Source: Puniceicoccaceae bacterium (GTDB lineage: Bacteria; Verrucomicrobiota; Verrucomicrobiia; Opitutales; Oceanipulchritudinaceae). From it: a stretch of DNA of 64,000 bases. A program made the translations under genes and the position numbers. The stretch spans positions 128,001 through 192,000 of the forward strand of contig JBFOMH010000004.1 in assembly GCA_040830765.1 (NCBI GenBank). The letters run 5' to 3'. Under the pieces are notes generated by a model that saw only the letters and a program-made list of their open reading frames with translations, did not search any database and had not been told where the DNA came from. This document shows, piece by piece, positions 20,756 to 30,311 of the stretch (position 1 is its first letter; each line of letters begins with the position of its first letter).

Positions 20756-20895
20756 TTTTGGGGGTTTGGGGTGGTTTTGTCAGCCGTGATGGCTACATGT
20801 TCCATCGTTAACTCCTTGGTTCTGGATCGGCAAAGTCAATTTATAACTATTAAAATGGAGGTTGACCGGTTGTCCCGGGGCAGGAAAATCCCTTC

Positions 20896-22371
20896 ATGAG
20901 GACGTTGCTGACACTGATTGGTTTGGCATGGCTGACCTTGCTGAGCGCTGAAATAAGCATGCCGGCGGTATTTTCTGAGGGCATGGTCCTGCAGCAGGGA
21001 AAGCCGGTAAAAATCTGGGGCTGGGCCAATTCCGGGGAACCGGTCCGGGTATCCTTCCGGGAACAGGTGCATTTTGTGGAAGCCCATGACCGGCGCTGGG
21101 AAGTGAGCCTGGAGCCCATGCCAGCCGGCGGGCCGGATGAGCTGGTGGTAGAGGGCTACGACCGGGTTGTCATAGGGAATGTCCTCGTCGGTGAAGTCTG
21201 GCTGGCCAGCGGGCAATCGAACATGGTTTGGACGGTGGAAAAGACCTCGCATGCAGAGGAAACCCTTGCTGATGCCGACGAGCCGATGATCCGGATATTC
21301 AAGGTGAAGGAGCGGGCACTTGATGAACCGGAGGATGATGTAGAGGGAGAGTGGCTGGTCTCCACACCAGAGAACATGGCCTCTGTTTCTGCGGTAGCCT
21401 ATCTGTTCGCCCGGGAAATCCATTCCACACAAGACGTACCGGTGGGCATTCTTCTTTCCGCACGGGGAGGTACCCGCGCGGTCAACTGGACCAGCGAGGA
21501 AGTATTGGAAAAGAATCCGGATGCGGAAAACCATTGGGTCAACTATCGCCGCAGGGTTGCCCAATATCCAAAGGAATGGGCCCAATGGGTTGAAGGGGGA
21601 GGCGTGGACAAAGCGCCGCAATCCCCGACCCGGCGGTTGCCATCAGGCTATTTCAACGGCATGGTCAACGGCTTGATCCCGTACACCCTGCAAGGCGCGA
21701 TTTGGTATCAGGGAGAAACGGATTCCTGGAATGCGGAAGAGTATGTCCGCATGTTCCCGGACCTCATTGTCGACTGGCGGACACGCTGGGACCAAGGCGA
21801 CTTCCCTTTCTATTATGTCCAACTGGCCTCTTATAACGGCAAGCCGGGGGTGGACATAAATTATCCCCACATACGGGATATCCAGCTGAAGAGTTTGGAA
21901 GTGCTCCCAAATCTTGGCATGGCGGTGGCCATTGATGCCGGCGAAGAGTTGGACATCCACCCAGCGGACAAACGCCAGGTGGCCCACCGTCTGGCCCTCC
22001 TCGCCCGGAACCGGACCTATGGGGAGTCACTGGTGGATACGGGCCCCATGATGAAGGTGGTCAACTTCGCCGAAGGGCAAGCCATTGTAACCTTCACTAA
22101 CACCGATTTGGGATTGCAGGTTAAGGGCGAGACACTGAACGGGTTTGCGTTGGCTACAGGGGATGGCCCGTTTCATCCAGCAATGGCCCGCATTGAGGAT
22201 GATAAGGTGATCGTCTGGTCGGAGCTGGTGCCCGATCCGGACCAACTGCGATATGCTTTCCGCGGCTTTCCGGAAGCCAACCTTTACAACGGTTCCGGCC
22301 TGCCGGCATCGCCCTTCCGGACAGATAAGCGGCCCCGCGGAGACGATGCCGTAGTGACGATTCCTGAATAA
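20896..22371 (+). CDS. Sialate O-acetylesterase (SASA domain) family protein
   Basis: GEVWLASGQSNM, WYQGE, DIHP.DK, NLYNGSGLPASPFRTD; signal peptide. Confidence 0.92.
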   Translation: MRTLLTLIGLAWLTLLSAEISMPAVFSEGMVLQQGKPVKIWGWANSGEPVRVSFREQVHFVEAHDRRWEVSLEPMPAGGPDELVVEGYDRVVIGNVLVGEVWLASGQSNMVWTVEKTSHAEETLADADEPMIRIFKVKERALDEPEDDVEGEWLVSTPENMASVSAVAYLFAREIHSTQDVPVGILLSARGGTRAVNWTSEEVLEKNPDAENHWVNYRRRVAQYPKEWAQWVEGGGVDKAPQSPTRRLPSGYFNGMVNGLIPYTLQGAIWYQGETDSWNAEEYVRMFPDLIVDWRTRWDQGDFPFYYVQLASYNGKPGVDINYPHIRDIQLKSLEVLPNLGMAVAIDAGEELDIHPADKRQVAHRLALLARNRTYGESLVDTGPMMKVVNFAEGQAIVTFTNTDLGLQVKGETLNGFALATGDGPFHPAMARIEDDKVIVWSELVPDPDQLRYAFRGFPEANLYNGSGLPASPFRTDKRPRGDDAVVTIPE

Positions 22372-22426
22372 TTCGGTGATTTACAGGAATCGGGTTGAGG
22401 CAACATAGTGTGACCCGACCGTTCCG

Positions 22427-23452
22427 ATGCCTGACCTGTCTCCAGAAGAAATGAAAGCCCGCCTCGTCTCGCTGGCACGAGACCTTGGCTTTGGTCCTGT
22501 TGGCGTGGCCGAGGTACCCCTGGAGCTGCGGCAGGCCTACTTCATGGAATGGCTTCAAGATAATCAGCACGGGGAAATGGGCTGGATGGCCCGGGAGCCG
22601 GAAAGGCGGGCCTTCCCGGAAAAGGTGATGCCGGAAGCCCGCTGCATCCTCAGTTTCGGTTTGAATTACTACCAGCCGGAGCCGGAGCGCCGGGGACGGA
22701 TTGCCAAGTACGCCCTTGGAAAGGATTACCACAAGGTTGTGCTGAACAAGCTGAAGCGGATCTGTTCCTGGCTCCAGGAGGCTGGTGCGATCAACCGGCC
22801 CTATGTCGACACGGGACCACTGCTGGAAAAGCCCATTGCTGCTGCCGCCGGCCTGGGCTGGCAGGGAAAGAACACCATGGTGCTCAACGAGGAGGACGGA
22901 CAGTGGCTCTTTCTTGGATTCATTCTCACCACCTACCCTTTTCCCCCGGACAAGCCTGTCGCGGACCGGTGCGGCACCTGTACCCGTTGTATCGACGTCT
23001 GCCCTACAGCGGCCATTACCGGTCCCTATCAGCTCGACGCACGGAAGTGTATCTCGTACCTGACCATTGAGCACAAGGGCTCCATTCCACTGGCCTACAG
23101 GAAGCTCATCGGCAACCACCTCTACGGGTGCGACGACTGTCTGGATATCTGCCCATGGAACAAATGGGCCCAAAAGACGCGCGAGGCCGCCTTTTCCGTC
23201 CGCGAGTATCCTGACTTGAGGGCGATGCTCTCGATGGATGAAACTGCTTTTCGCGAGGTCTTTGCCGGTTCCCCGATCAAGCGGTTGAAACGGGCACGGT
23301 GGCTGCGCAACGTCTGCGTGGTTCTCGGTAACACCGGAAGCATGGAAGATTTGGCCGAGCTTGAAGCAGCGACCCGGGACACGGATCCACTGGTAAGCGA
23401 ACACGCCTTGTGGGCTGTCGGGGAAATCAGCGCCCGGCACGCGGGCAAATGA
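22427..23452 (+). CDS. queG: tRNA epoxyqueuosine(34) reductase
   Basis: YALGKDYH, VDTGPLLEK, GWQGKNT, and the Fe-S motifs CGTCTRCIDVCPT and GCDDCLDICPWN. Confidence 0.96.
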   Translation: MPDLSPEEMKARLVSLARDLGFGPVGVAEVPLELRQAYFMEWLQDNQHGEMGWMAREPERRAFPEKVMPEARCILSFGLNYYQPEPERRGRIAKYALGKDYHKVVLNKLKRICSWLQEAGAINRPYVDTGPLLEKPIAAAAGLGWQGKNTMVLNEEDGQWLFLGFILTTYPFPPDKPVADRCGTCTRCIDVCPTAAITGPYQLDARKCISYLTIEHKGSIPLAYRKLIGNHLYGCDDCLDICPWNKWAQKTREAAFSVREYPDLRAMLSMDETAFREVFAGSPIKRLKRARWLRNVCVVLGNTGSMEDLAELEAATRDTDPLVSEHALWAVGEISARHAGK

Positions 23453-23492
23453 TTCCTTGCTGGTCGGGGCAACCCCCGGTAGAACCAATGGC

Positions 23493-24521
23493 ATGAGCTA
23501 CGTAATAGCCCTCATCCCGTTCGCCATTACATTGATTCTGGTCATCGCCTTCCTCTATGGAGCCAACTGGGTTCTCCTGCGGCGACATGCCGAACTGGGG
23601 AGCGAACGCCTCTTTCCGCGCCAGCTGGCCATGCTCGGCCTGACCATTGCCGGAATCGTCGTCATCGCGATGGCCCTGCCGGTCAATCCCAGCACCCGTA
23701 ATCAGGTTATCGCATTCCTGGGCCTCGTTGTATCCGGAACCTTCGCTTTTTCCTCCACCACCATTTTCGCCAACCTCCTGGCCGGGGTCATGTTGCGCAT
23801 CACCAAGCCCTTCCGGGCGGGGGACTTTGTCGAGGTGGAGGACATATTCGGACGCGTATCCGAGCGGGGTCTCCTCGATACCGAGGTGCAGACGGAGACC
23901 CGCCAGCTGATCTCAATCCCGAACACCTTTCTCATCACCCGGCCAGTCTCGGTCATCCGCAGCTCCGGCACCATTGTTTCCGCCAATCTTTCGCTGGGGT
24001 ATGATGTCCACCATTCCCGCATCAGCGACCACCTCAAGGAAGCAGCCCTGACTGCCGGACTGGAAGAGCCGTTTGTCCATATCATCGAATTGGGGGACTT
24101 TTCCGTCTCTTACCGGGTCAGCGGCCTGTTAACCGATGTCAAAAGCTTCCTCACGGCCAAGTCGCTGTTGCATGCCTGCGTGCTGGATTCCCTTCATTCG
24201 GCCGGCATTGAAATTGTCTCCCCGAACTTCATGAACCAGCGCCCCCTGAAGGATGGTACCCTGGTTATTCCAAGGCGCATGCAGGCCAAGCTTGATGAGA
24301 AGAAGGATGAAACTGCGGCTGAGGCCATTGTCTTTGACAAGGCCGAGGAAGCTGAACAGCGGGAATTGAAACAGAACCAGCTGATCCAAACAATCCAGAC
24401 CCTCGAAGAGTCATTGAAGACCGCGGTTGAAGAGACAAAGGCCGCCATTCAGCAAAAAATCCAAGCCGCCCGGGAACAGCTGGCGGAACTGGAAAAGGCC
24501 CCCCCGCCGGAAAAGGAGTAA
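23493..24521 (+). CDS. Small-conductance mechanosensitive channel (MscS family) with C-terminal coiled coil
   Basis: Three TM helices, NLLAG...KPFRAGDFVEV, ISIPN. ATG at 23493 preferred. Confidence 0.88.
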   Translation: MSYVIALIPFAITLILVIAFLYGANWVLLRRHAELGSERLFPRQLAMLGLTIAGIVVIAMALPVNPSTRNQVIAFLGLVVSGTFAFSSTTIFANLLAGVMLRITKPFRAGDFVEVEDIFGRVSERGLLDTEVQTETRQLISIPNTFLITRPVSVIRSSGTIVSANLSLGYDVHHSRISDHLKEAALTAGLEEPFVHIIELGDFSVSYRVSGLLTDVKSFLTAKSLLHACVLDSLHSAGIEIVSPNFMNQRPLKDGTLVIPRRMQAKLDEKKDETAAEAIVFDKAEEAEQRELKQNQLIQTIQTLEESLKTAVEETKAAIQQKIQAAREQLAELEKAPPPEKE

Positions 24522-24533
24522 GGAGGTCTGGCC

Positions 24534-24938
24534 ATGATCAAGCGACTTGCGCATGCCTGTATCCATTCGCAGGACCTGACAGAAACAGAGGCGTTTTATT
24601 GTCAAGCGCTCGGCATGGAGCGACACTTCGCATTTGAAAAGGATGGCGATTTGTTTGGCTTCTACCTCAAGGTTGGTGACCAGACATATATCGAGGTTTT
24701 CAAGGGTGAACCGGGTGCGGTTGGCAATATCAACCACCTCGCACTGGAGGTGGAAGACATGGACGCCGCGATAGCGCGTCTCAAGGACCATGGGATTGAC
24801 GTCACCGAAAAGAAGCTGGGGGCCGATCAGTCGTGGCAGGCATGGCTCACGGATCCGTCAGGCGTCCGTATCGAACTGCACCAGTATACTGCAGAAAGTA
24901 GCCAGTACAACCGGCGGACGGTCAAGGTGGACTGGTAG
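24534..24938 (+). CDS. VOC/glyoxalase family protein
   Basis: LAHACI, FYCQALG, INHLALEV, DPSGVRIEL; AAGGAGG Shine-Dalgarno upstream. Confidence 0.9.
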   Translation: MIKRLAHACIHSQDLTETEAFYCQALGMERHFAFEKDGDLFGFYLKVGDQTYIEVFKGEPGAVGNINHLALEVEDMDAAIARLKDHGIDVTEKKLGADQSWQAWLTDPSGVRIELHQYTAESSQYNRRTVKVDW

Positions 24939-24973
24939 GCGAGTCCGTTTCAATCGGATTCCACGAACCTGCG

Positions 24974-25002
24974 TTGACAGGCATCTATTCATAAATATAA
25001 AT
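24974..25002 (+). promoter_or_regulatory. Putative sigma70-type promoter of the aldo/keto reductase gene
   Basis: Perfect TTGACA at 24974-24979, followed 16-17 bp later by TATAAA/ATAAAT, in an AT-rich intergenic region. Confidence 0.45.
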
Positions 25003-25056
25003 GCCACTTCCTTTCATTTGAGCGAAATTTCAAAATAAACAGCAAGGAGACACGAC

Positions 25057-26028
25057 ATGGCAGACACACGAGGCAGACGCGATTTTCTGAAAAAACTGGC
25101 CCTTTCCGGAGCGGCCGTGACGGGAGGCACCGCCATTGCCCATGGTGGGAGTGACCACCCAACAGCTGGCGTTCCAAAGAGAACCCTCGGGAAGACAGGC
25201 GCCAAGGTCAGTATCCTCGGGTTGGGTTTGGGAAGCGCCTTCACGCGACCCTTTGAGGGAGACCCGGAAGCGACAGAAGCCGTTCTGATGCGGGCGCTGA
25301 GCCACGGTATCAATTATTGGGATACCGCGCGGGCATATGGTGTTTCTGAAGAGATGTTGGGTCCGGTGGTCGAGAAAGTCCGCAAGGACATCTACCTTGT
25401 CAGCAAGTCGCGGGTCCGGACCTATGATGGATTCAAACGGGAGCTGGAAACGAGCCTGAAAAACCTGCGCACGGATCACATCGACCTTTACCACATCCAT
25501 AACCTGAATCCCGAGCGGGATCCGGACATGGATGCTATCGAGAATGGGGCCGTGAAGGCCATCAAGGAAGCCAAGGAAGAAGGCATCATCAAGCATTTCG
25601 GCATTACGGGGCACAGTGGTGTGGAGATCCTCATGGAGGGTATTCGGCGCTGGGACCCCGACGCCATGTTGACTGTCTTCCCGGTGGACCGCCCGGACGA
25701 CGGGGCTTATGAAGACCAGTTGCTACCGTTGGCCAGGGAACGTAACATGGGCGTTGTGGCCATGAAGACTGTCCGCTGGGCCCGCAATTCGGATCTTCCC
25801 GGTCCGCAGTTGATTCGCTACGGAATCAGCGTGGAGGGTGTTGCCTGTGCGATCGTCGGCCTCGACTCCATGGCCCACCTCGATGAAAATGCGGCCATGG
25901 CAAGTACCTTTGAACCGATGTCCAAGGACCTGATGGCCGAGATGAGCCAGTATGTCCGCGGGGAATTGGCTTCGCTCGGCGAGCCACCCTGGAAACGGCC
26001 CGGGTACGAGGACGGCATGACCGCCTGA
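25057..26028 (+). CDS. Aldo/keto reductase with twin-arginine (Tat) signal peptide
   Basis: RRDFLK Tat motif; RTLGKTG, DTARAYG.SE, SLKNLRTDHIDLYHIH. Confidence 0.9.
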   Translation: MADTRGRRDFLKKLALSGAAVTGGTAIAHGGSDHPTAGVPKRTLGKTGAKVSILGLGLGSAFTRPFEGDPEATEAVLMRALSHGINYWDTARAYGVSEEMLGPVVEKVRKDIYLVSKSRVRTYDGFKRELETSLKNLRTDHIDLYHIHNLNPERDPDMDAIENGAVKAIKEAKEEGIIKHFGITGHSGVEILMEGIRRWDPDAMLTVFPVDRPDDGAYEDQLLPLARERNMGVVAMKTVRWARNSDLPGPQLIRYGISVEGVACAIVGLDSMAHLDENAAMASTFEPMSKDLMAEMSQYVRGELASLGEPPWKRPGYEDGMTA

Positions 26029-26047
26029 CCGGTCAAGCTTCCCAGAC

Positions 26048-26350
26048 TCAGTTCCGGGATTGGTGAGATGGGAGCAGCCTGACAATGGTGGCGCCCCACC
26101 CTCCGGCATTCCCTGGGGCGAGGGCATACTCTTGCACGCCCGGATGGCGTTCCAATAAGGCGTGCACCTGTTGGCGGAGAACGCCCATGCCCTTCCCATG
26201 GATGATCCGCAGGTCGCGAATACCCTTTTCCTGGCAGGCCTCGATATAGGCCAGCACGACCTCCTTGACCTCGGACGGACGGAAGGTGTGCAGGTCCAGT
26301 ACACCATCGACCGGGAATTCCGTGGGGCCCTCTCCTTCAAGCGCGTTCAT
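26048..26350 (-). CDS. Stand-alone Smr/MutS2-domain protein
   Basis: LDLHT, RIIHGKGMGVLR and GGWGATIV Smr motifs; ATGA overlap with the hrpB stop. Confidence 0.92.
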   Translation of the reverse strand: MNALEGEGPTEFPVDGVLDLHTFRPSEVKEVVLAYIEACQEKGIRDLRIIHGKGMGVLRQQVHALLERHPGVQEYALAPGNAGGWGATIVRLLPSHQSRN

Positions 26351-28860
26351 CGCCATTCGTGCTTTGGATAGCGACCGAACAAATCCTTGCGAATCTGCGG
26401 ATACTGGCCTTCCCAGAATCCATCAAGGTCATCGGTTATCTGAACTGGTCGGTTGTTGGGCGCAAGCAGCTCAATCTTCAGGCGGCAGCGTCCCTGGCAG
26501 ATAGCCAGATCCTTGCCCGGCACATCGTAGAGTTGCTGGATGCGGGCCGGCAGGACCACCGTCCCATCCTCCTCGTAACGCAACTTGGGCTGGCCTTTTT
26601 CAGGCAAGGCGAACCGAACCGGAACCCAGTCGTCCAGCAAAGGAAGGATCGTGTCCGGCAACCAAGTCTTGAGGATTGGCAGGACCTCCCGGTCCTTGAC
26701 CTGCTTGTAACTGCTCGCGCCTTCGCAAATCTGCTCGATGAAGAGGAGCCGGTCTTCCTCCGTTATCGGTTTCAGTTCCCATTCCGGGCAATGCCGGGCA
26801 AGGACATTGACCCGGCGGATCCAGTTTTCCGCCGCGGCATCCCATTTCTTCAGGGGCCAGCTGTTTTCCACAATGGCGTGGGCAAGGACCTGGGAAGCGG
26901 CTGCGGAATCCGGCTCCATGTCCCCCTTTTCACGCAAGGTCAGGCCCCGGAAAACGATCCGTTCGACCCGCTCTACCCGACGGCGAGTGGCATCAAGTCG
27001 GTCGACGGTCTCTGTTCTGAGCTCACCGGGAAATACTTCCTCCAGCCAGGATTCATCGATCGCTGTTATACCACCGAGAAAGAGGGTCGCTTCACCACGG
27101 TACTCCCTTTCCTCCACCTCGGCCGCAACAAAGAGGTCCGCCTTGTCGACAATGGAGTCCTTGCGCATTTCCCCCCGCCGGCCATGGACCATTTCGCAAC
27201 GCAAGGTTCCCCGGTCGAGCCGGCGGGCCAAGTGGTCCACGTAGCCCGTCAGGCAGGTTTTGGCAAAGGCCTCCACCGAAATCGGTCCCGATGTCTGTTC
27301 GTCCCCGGCCAAGCGCTTCAGCTGCTGGAAAACCCGCATCGCCTGGTTCAGTCCATAGGCGTGTATACCCCACTCCCGGCAATATGCCATCCCGCCGCCT
27401 GAGGCCACAACCCGCTGCCAGGCCAGCACCCCCTTGAGCAAATCGGAGACACCTTCCGCCGCTTCCCACCACGACTCCCGTTCCCGGGCCTTGTGCTTGT
27501 CGTTCAAGGGAAGGATCAAGTCCCTGCCCTCGCTGATGGCAATGGCCGCCAGCACCAGATCCATGCAGTTGTTCTGCCGGGCCGCCACCAGCAGCCGGCT
27601 GAAACGGGGATGCAGGGGATAGCGGACCATTTCACGACCAATCCCGGTGATTGTTCCCTCCTGCATCGCTCCCAGGTCCTCCAGCAGCTCACCGGCATGT
27701 TCCCAGGCCGCCGACGGTGGTTTCTCAAACCAGTTGAAGGAAGCGTCCATTTCCAGGTTCAACAGGCGTAACCGGGTTTCACTGAGGTCCAGGCGCTCGA
27801 TCTCCGGTGCCGTGTAGGCGGGTCGATGAACGTGGTCGCTTTCCGTCCACAGGCGGTAGCACCGGCCCGGGGCCACCCGTCCGGCACGTCCGGTACGTTG
27901 ATCCGCACTGGCCCGGCTGATCTTTTCCGTCAAAAGTGTGTTCACCCCCCGCCGGGCATCAAAATCCGGGACCCGGGCCCATCCGCTGTCGATGACGGTA
28001 CGGATTCCCGGCAAGGTCAGCGATGTCTCCGCAATGTTCGTCGAGACAATCACCCGTGGCTTGTCCCCCGTTCCGATGGCCCGGTCCTGGGCAGCCGCAT
28101 CGAGCTCCCCATGGAGGGGAAATACGTCCCACCCGCGGGCTTCCCGGAGATGGGTGATCGCCTCCACTGATTTGTTAATTTCATACTTGCCCGGCATGAA
28201 CAATAGGACGTCGGACTGCGCCCCATCTTTAATTGCGGTTTTAAACCCATTGGCAGCCGACTCCCAAATCGGCTCCCTCGCTCCCGGGCGGAGGTGGGTC
28301 ACTTCGACCGGATACTGTCGACCCTCGCTTTCCAGAACAGTTGCGTGAGGCAGGTAAGACCCCAGCTCCCCCGTTTCCAAGTTGGCGGAAAAGACGCCGA
28401 TGCGGCCATTCCAACCGCCTTCCTGCCGGGCCACTGCCAACCCGAGGGAGATGTCCCCCTCCAGATGCCGCTCATGAAACTCGTCGAACAGGATGGCCCC
28501 GATATCATCGAGCTTGTCCCCTGAGGCCAACCGCCTCAGGAGCAGACCCTCCGTCACATAGAGGAGGCGGGTCTCGGGCCCCTCGGAAGCTTCAAAGCGT
28601 ATCCGGTAACCGGCAGTCTGTCCCGTTTTCTCGCCCAGCTCACTGGCCACGCGGCGGGCCAGCAGGCGGGCCGCCATGCGCCTCGGCTGGAGGATAAGGA
28701 TCGACTTGCCGGCCGGGAATCCCTCCCATTCCAAAAGAAAGCGCGGGACCCGGGTGGACTTGCCGGATCCCGTCGGTGCCTTGAGAACGAAATTGCGATG
28801 TTCCTGCCAGGCGCTTTGCAGCGGTTCCCGAAGCTCATCAATCGGAAGGGGAATGGGCAT
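26347..28860 (-). CDS. hrpB: ATP-dependent RNA helicase HrpB
   Basis: APTGSGKST, QPRRMAAR, DEFHER, TNIAETSLT, QRTGRAGR, and the HrpB C-terminal GRYPKHEW. Confidence 0.95.
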   Translation of the reverse strand: MPIPLPIDELREPLQSAWQEHRNFVLKAPTGSGKSTRVPRFLLEWEGFPAGKSILILQPRRMAARLLARRVASELGEKTGQTAGYRIRFEASEGPETRLLYVTEGLLLRRLASGDKLDDIGAILFDEFHERHLEGDISLGLAVARQEGGWNGRIGVFSANLETGELGSYLPHATVLESEGRQYPVEVTHLRPGAREPIWESAANGFKTAIKDGAQSDVLLFMPGKYEINKSVEAITHLREARGWDVFPLHGELDAAAQDRAIGTGDKPRVIVSTNIAETSLTLPGIRTVIDSGWARVPDFDARRGVNTLLTEKISRASADQRTGRAGRVAPGRCYRLWTESDHVHRPAYTAPEIERLDLSETRLRLLNLEMDASFNWFEKPPSAAWEHAGELLEDLGAMQEGTITGIGREMVRYPLHPRFSRLLVAARQNNCMDLVLAAIAISEGRDLILPLNDKHKARERESWWEAAEGVSDLLKGVLAWQRVVASGGGMAYCREWGIHAYGLNQAMRVFQQLKRLAGDEQTSGPISVEAFAKTCLTGYVDHLARRLDRGTLRCEMVHGRRGEMRKDSIVDKADLFVAAEVEEREYRGEATLFLGGITAIDESWLEEVFPGELRTETVDRLDATRRRVERVERIVFRGLTLREKGDMEPDSAAASQVLAHAIVENSWPLKKWDAAAENWIRRVNVLARHCPEWELKPITEEDRLLFIEQICEGASSYKQVKDREVLPILKTWLPDTILPLLDDWVPVRFALPEKGQPKLRYEEDGTVVLPARIQQLYDVPGKDLAICQGRCRLKIELLAPNNRPVQITDDLDGFWEGQYPQIRKDLFGRYPKHEWR

Positions 28861-28941
28861 CCCCTAGGGATACGCCCTCTAAGGGGGAAAAGAAAAGCAA
28901 AAGTTGTTGCCTCGGAAAGGTTTTCAATTCCCCTGTAAAGC

Positions 28942-30294
28942 ATGAGCCCGACTGACACCATTGTCGCCCCCGCAACCGCCAACGGTGAGGCTGCCCTTGC
29001 TGTTGTCCGTGTTTCCGGCCCGATGGTCCCGGAACTCTGTAGGGTCATTTTTGGCCACACTCCCCCACCCCGCCGCGCCACCCTTGGTACCTACGGGAGC
29101 CTTGAGGGCAATACCCTCGACTCCCTTGTCTACCTTCTCTACGCCGAGGGCAAATCCTATACCGGGGAAGCGCTCCTGGAACTCAACCCGCACGGAAATC
29201 CCTGGCTGGTCCGGAAAATCCTTGATGATCTCATTGCGCGGGGCTGCCGGCTCGCTGAGCCGGGCGAGTTTACCCGCCGGGCCTTTCTCAATGGCAAGCT
29301 TGACCTGAGCCAGGCCGAGGCTGTGGTCCAGTTGATCCAGGCGCGTTCTGACCGGGCACTGGAGGCCGCCCGGCGACAGCTCGCCGGTTCCGTTGGCGAG
29401 ATGGTTAACAGCCTGGTGGACAGGCTCTTAGGTGTTACCGCCATGCTCGAGGCCTACATCGATTTTCCCGAGGAGGACCTCCCTCCAGAAGACCAGCAGG
29501 GACCGGCCATGGCGCTTCGGGTCCTCATCGATGACATGGATCACCTCATCGCCACCCGGCAGTACGCCTCCCTTCTCCATGACGGCGTCAAGTGCGTCAT
29601 CCTCGGGGAGCCCAATGTCGGCAAGTCCAGCCTGCTCAATGCCCTCACCGGTGAGGACCGGGTCATCGTATCCGCTGAGCCCGGGACCACGCGGGATTAT
29701 GTCGAGGAACGCATCCATATCGGGCCCTATCTCCTCCGCGTGATCGACACCGCCGGCCTCCACGAGGCCGCATCAGCCCTTGAGGAACAGGGGATTCACC
29801 GTTCCCTGCAGCAAATCCAGTCGGCCGACCTGTTATTGGTCGTCCTTGATTCAACCCGACCCTCCCCCGCTCTCCCCGACAGCGTACTCCAGGCTTTACG
29901 GGCCGGCAATACGCTCATCGTGGAAAACAAGACCGATCTGGCCATCAATGCGGACCTCGTTGCCTTTGCCGCCGATTGCCCCCATGTTCGTATCTCGGCA
30001 TCCCTCCATGAAGGATTACAGGACCTCCGGGATGCCATTCGTCAAGGACTTGAGCAAGGCCTCCTGATTCCGGATGAGAATACGGTCCTCGTCTCTGCCC
30101 GGCACGCAACCGCCCTCCAGGACGCCAAAAACCACCTGCGCCAAAGCCTGGAAAAGCTGCGCCAATCGGCGCCACCGGAGTTGGTCGCTTCCGACCTCCA
30201 TGCCGCCATTGAATCCATGGGTGCCATTACCGGAAAGATCGATAACGAGGCCATGCTGGACCGCCTTTTTCGGCAGTTTTGTATTGGTAAGTAG
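28942..30294 (+). CDS. mnmE: tRNA modification GTPase MnmE
   Basis: [35 protein letters not shown]-terminal FCIGK. Confidence 0.98.
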   Translation: MSPTDTIVAPATANGEAALAVVRVSGPMVPELCRVIFGHTPPPRRATLGTYGSLEGNTLDSLVYLLYAEGKSYTGEALLELNPHGNPWLVRKILDDLIARGCRLAEPGEFTRRAFLNGKLDLSQAEAVVQLIQARSDRALEAARRQLAGSVGEMVNSLVDRLLGVTAMLEAYIDFPEEDLPPEDQQGPAMALRVLIDDMDHLIATRQYASLLHDGVKCVILGEPNVGKSSLLNALTGEDRVIVSAEPGTTRDYVEERIHIGPYLLRVIDTAGLHEAASALEEQGIHRSLQQIQSADLLLVVLDSTRPSPALPDSVLQALRAGNTLIVENKTDLAINADLVAFAADCPHVRISASLHEGLQDLRDAIRQGLEQGLLIPDENTVLVSARHATALQDAKNHLRQSLEKLRQSAPPELVASDLHAAIESMGAITGKIDNEAMLDRLFRQFCIGK

Positions 30295-30311
30295 TTGTTT
30301 ATTATATACTT

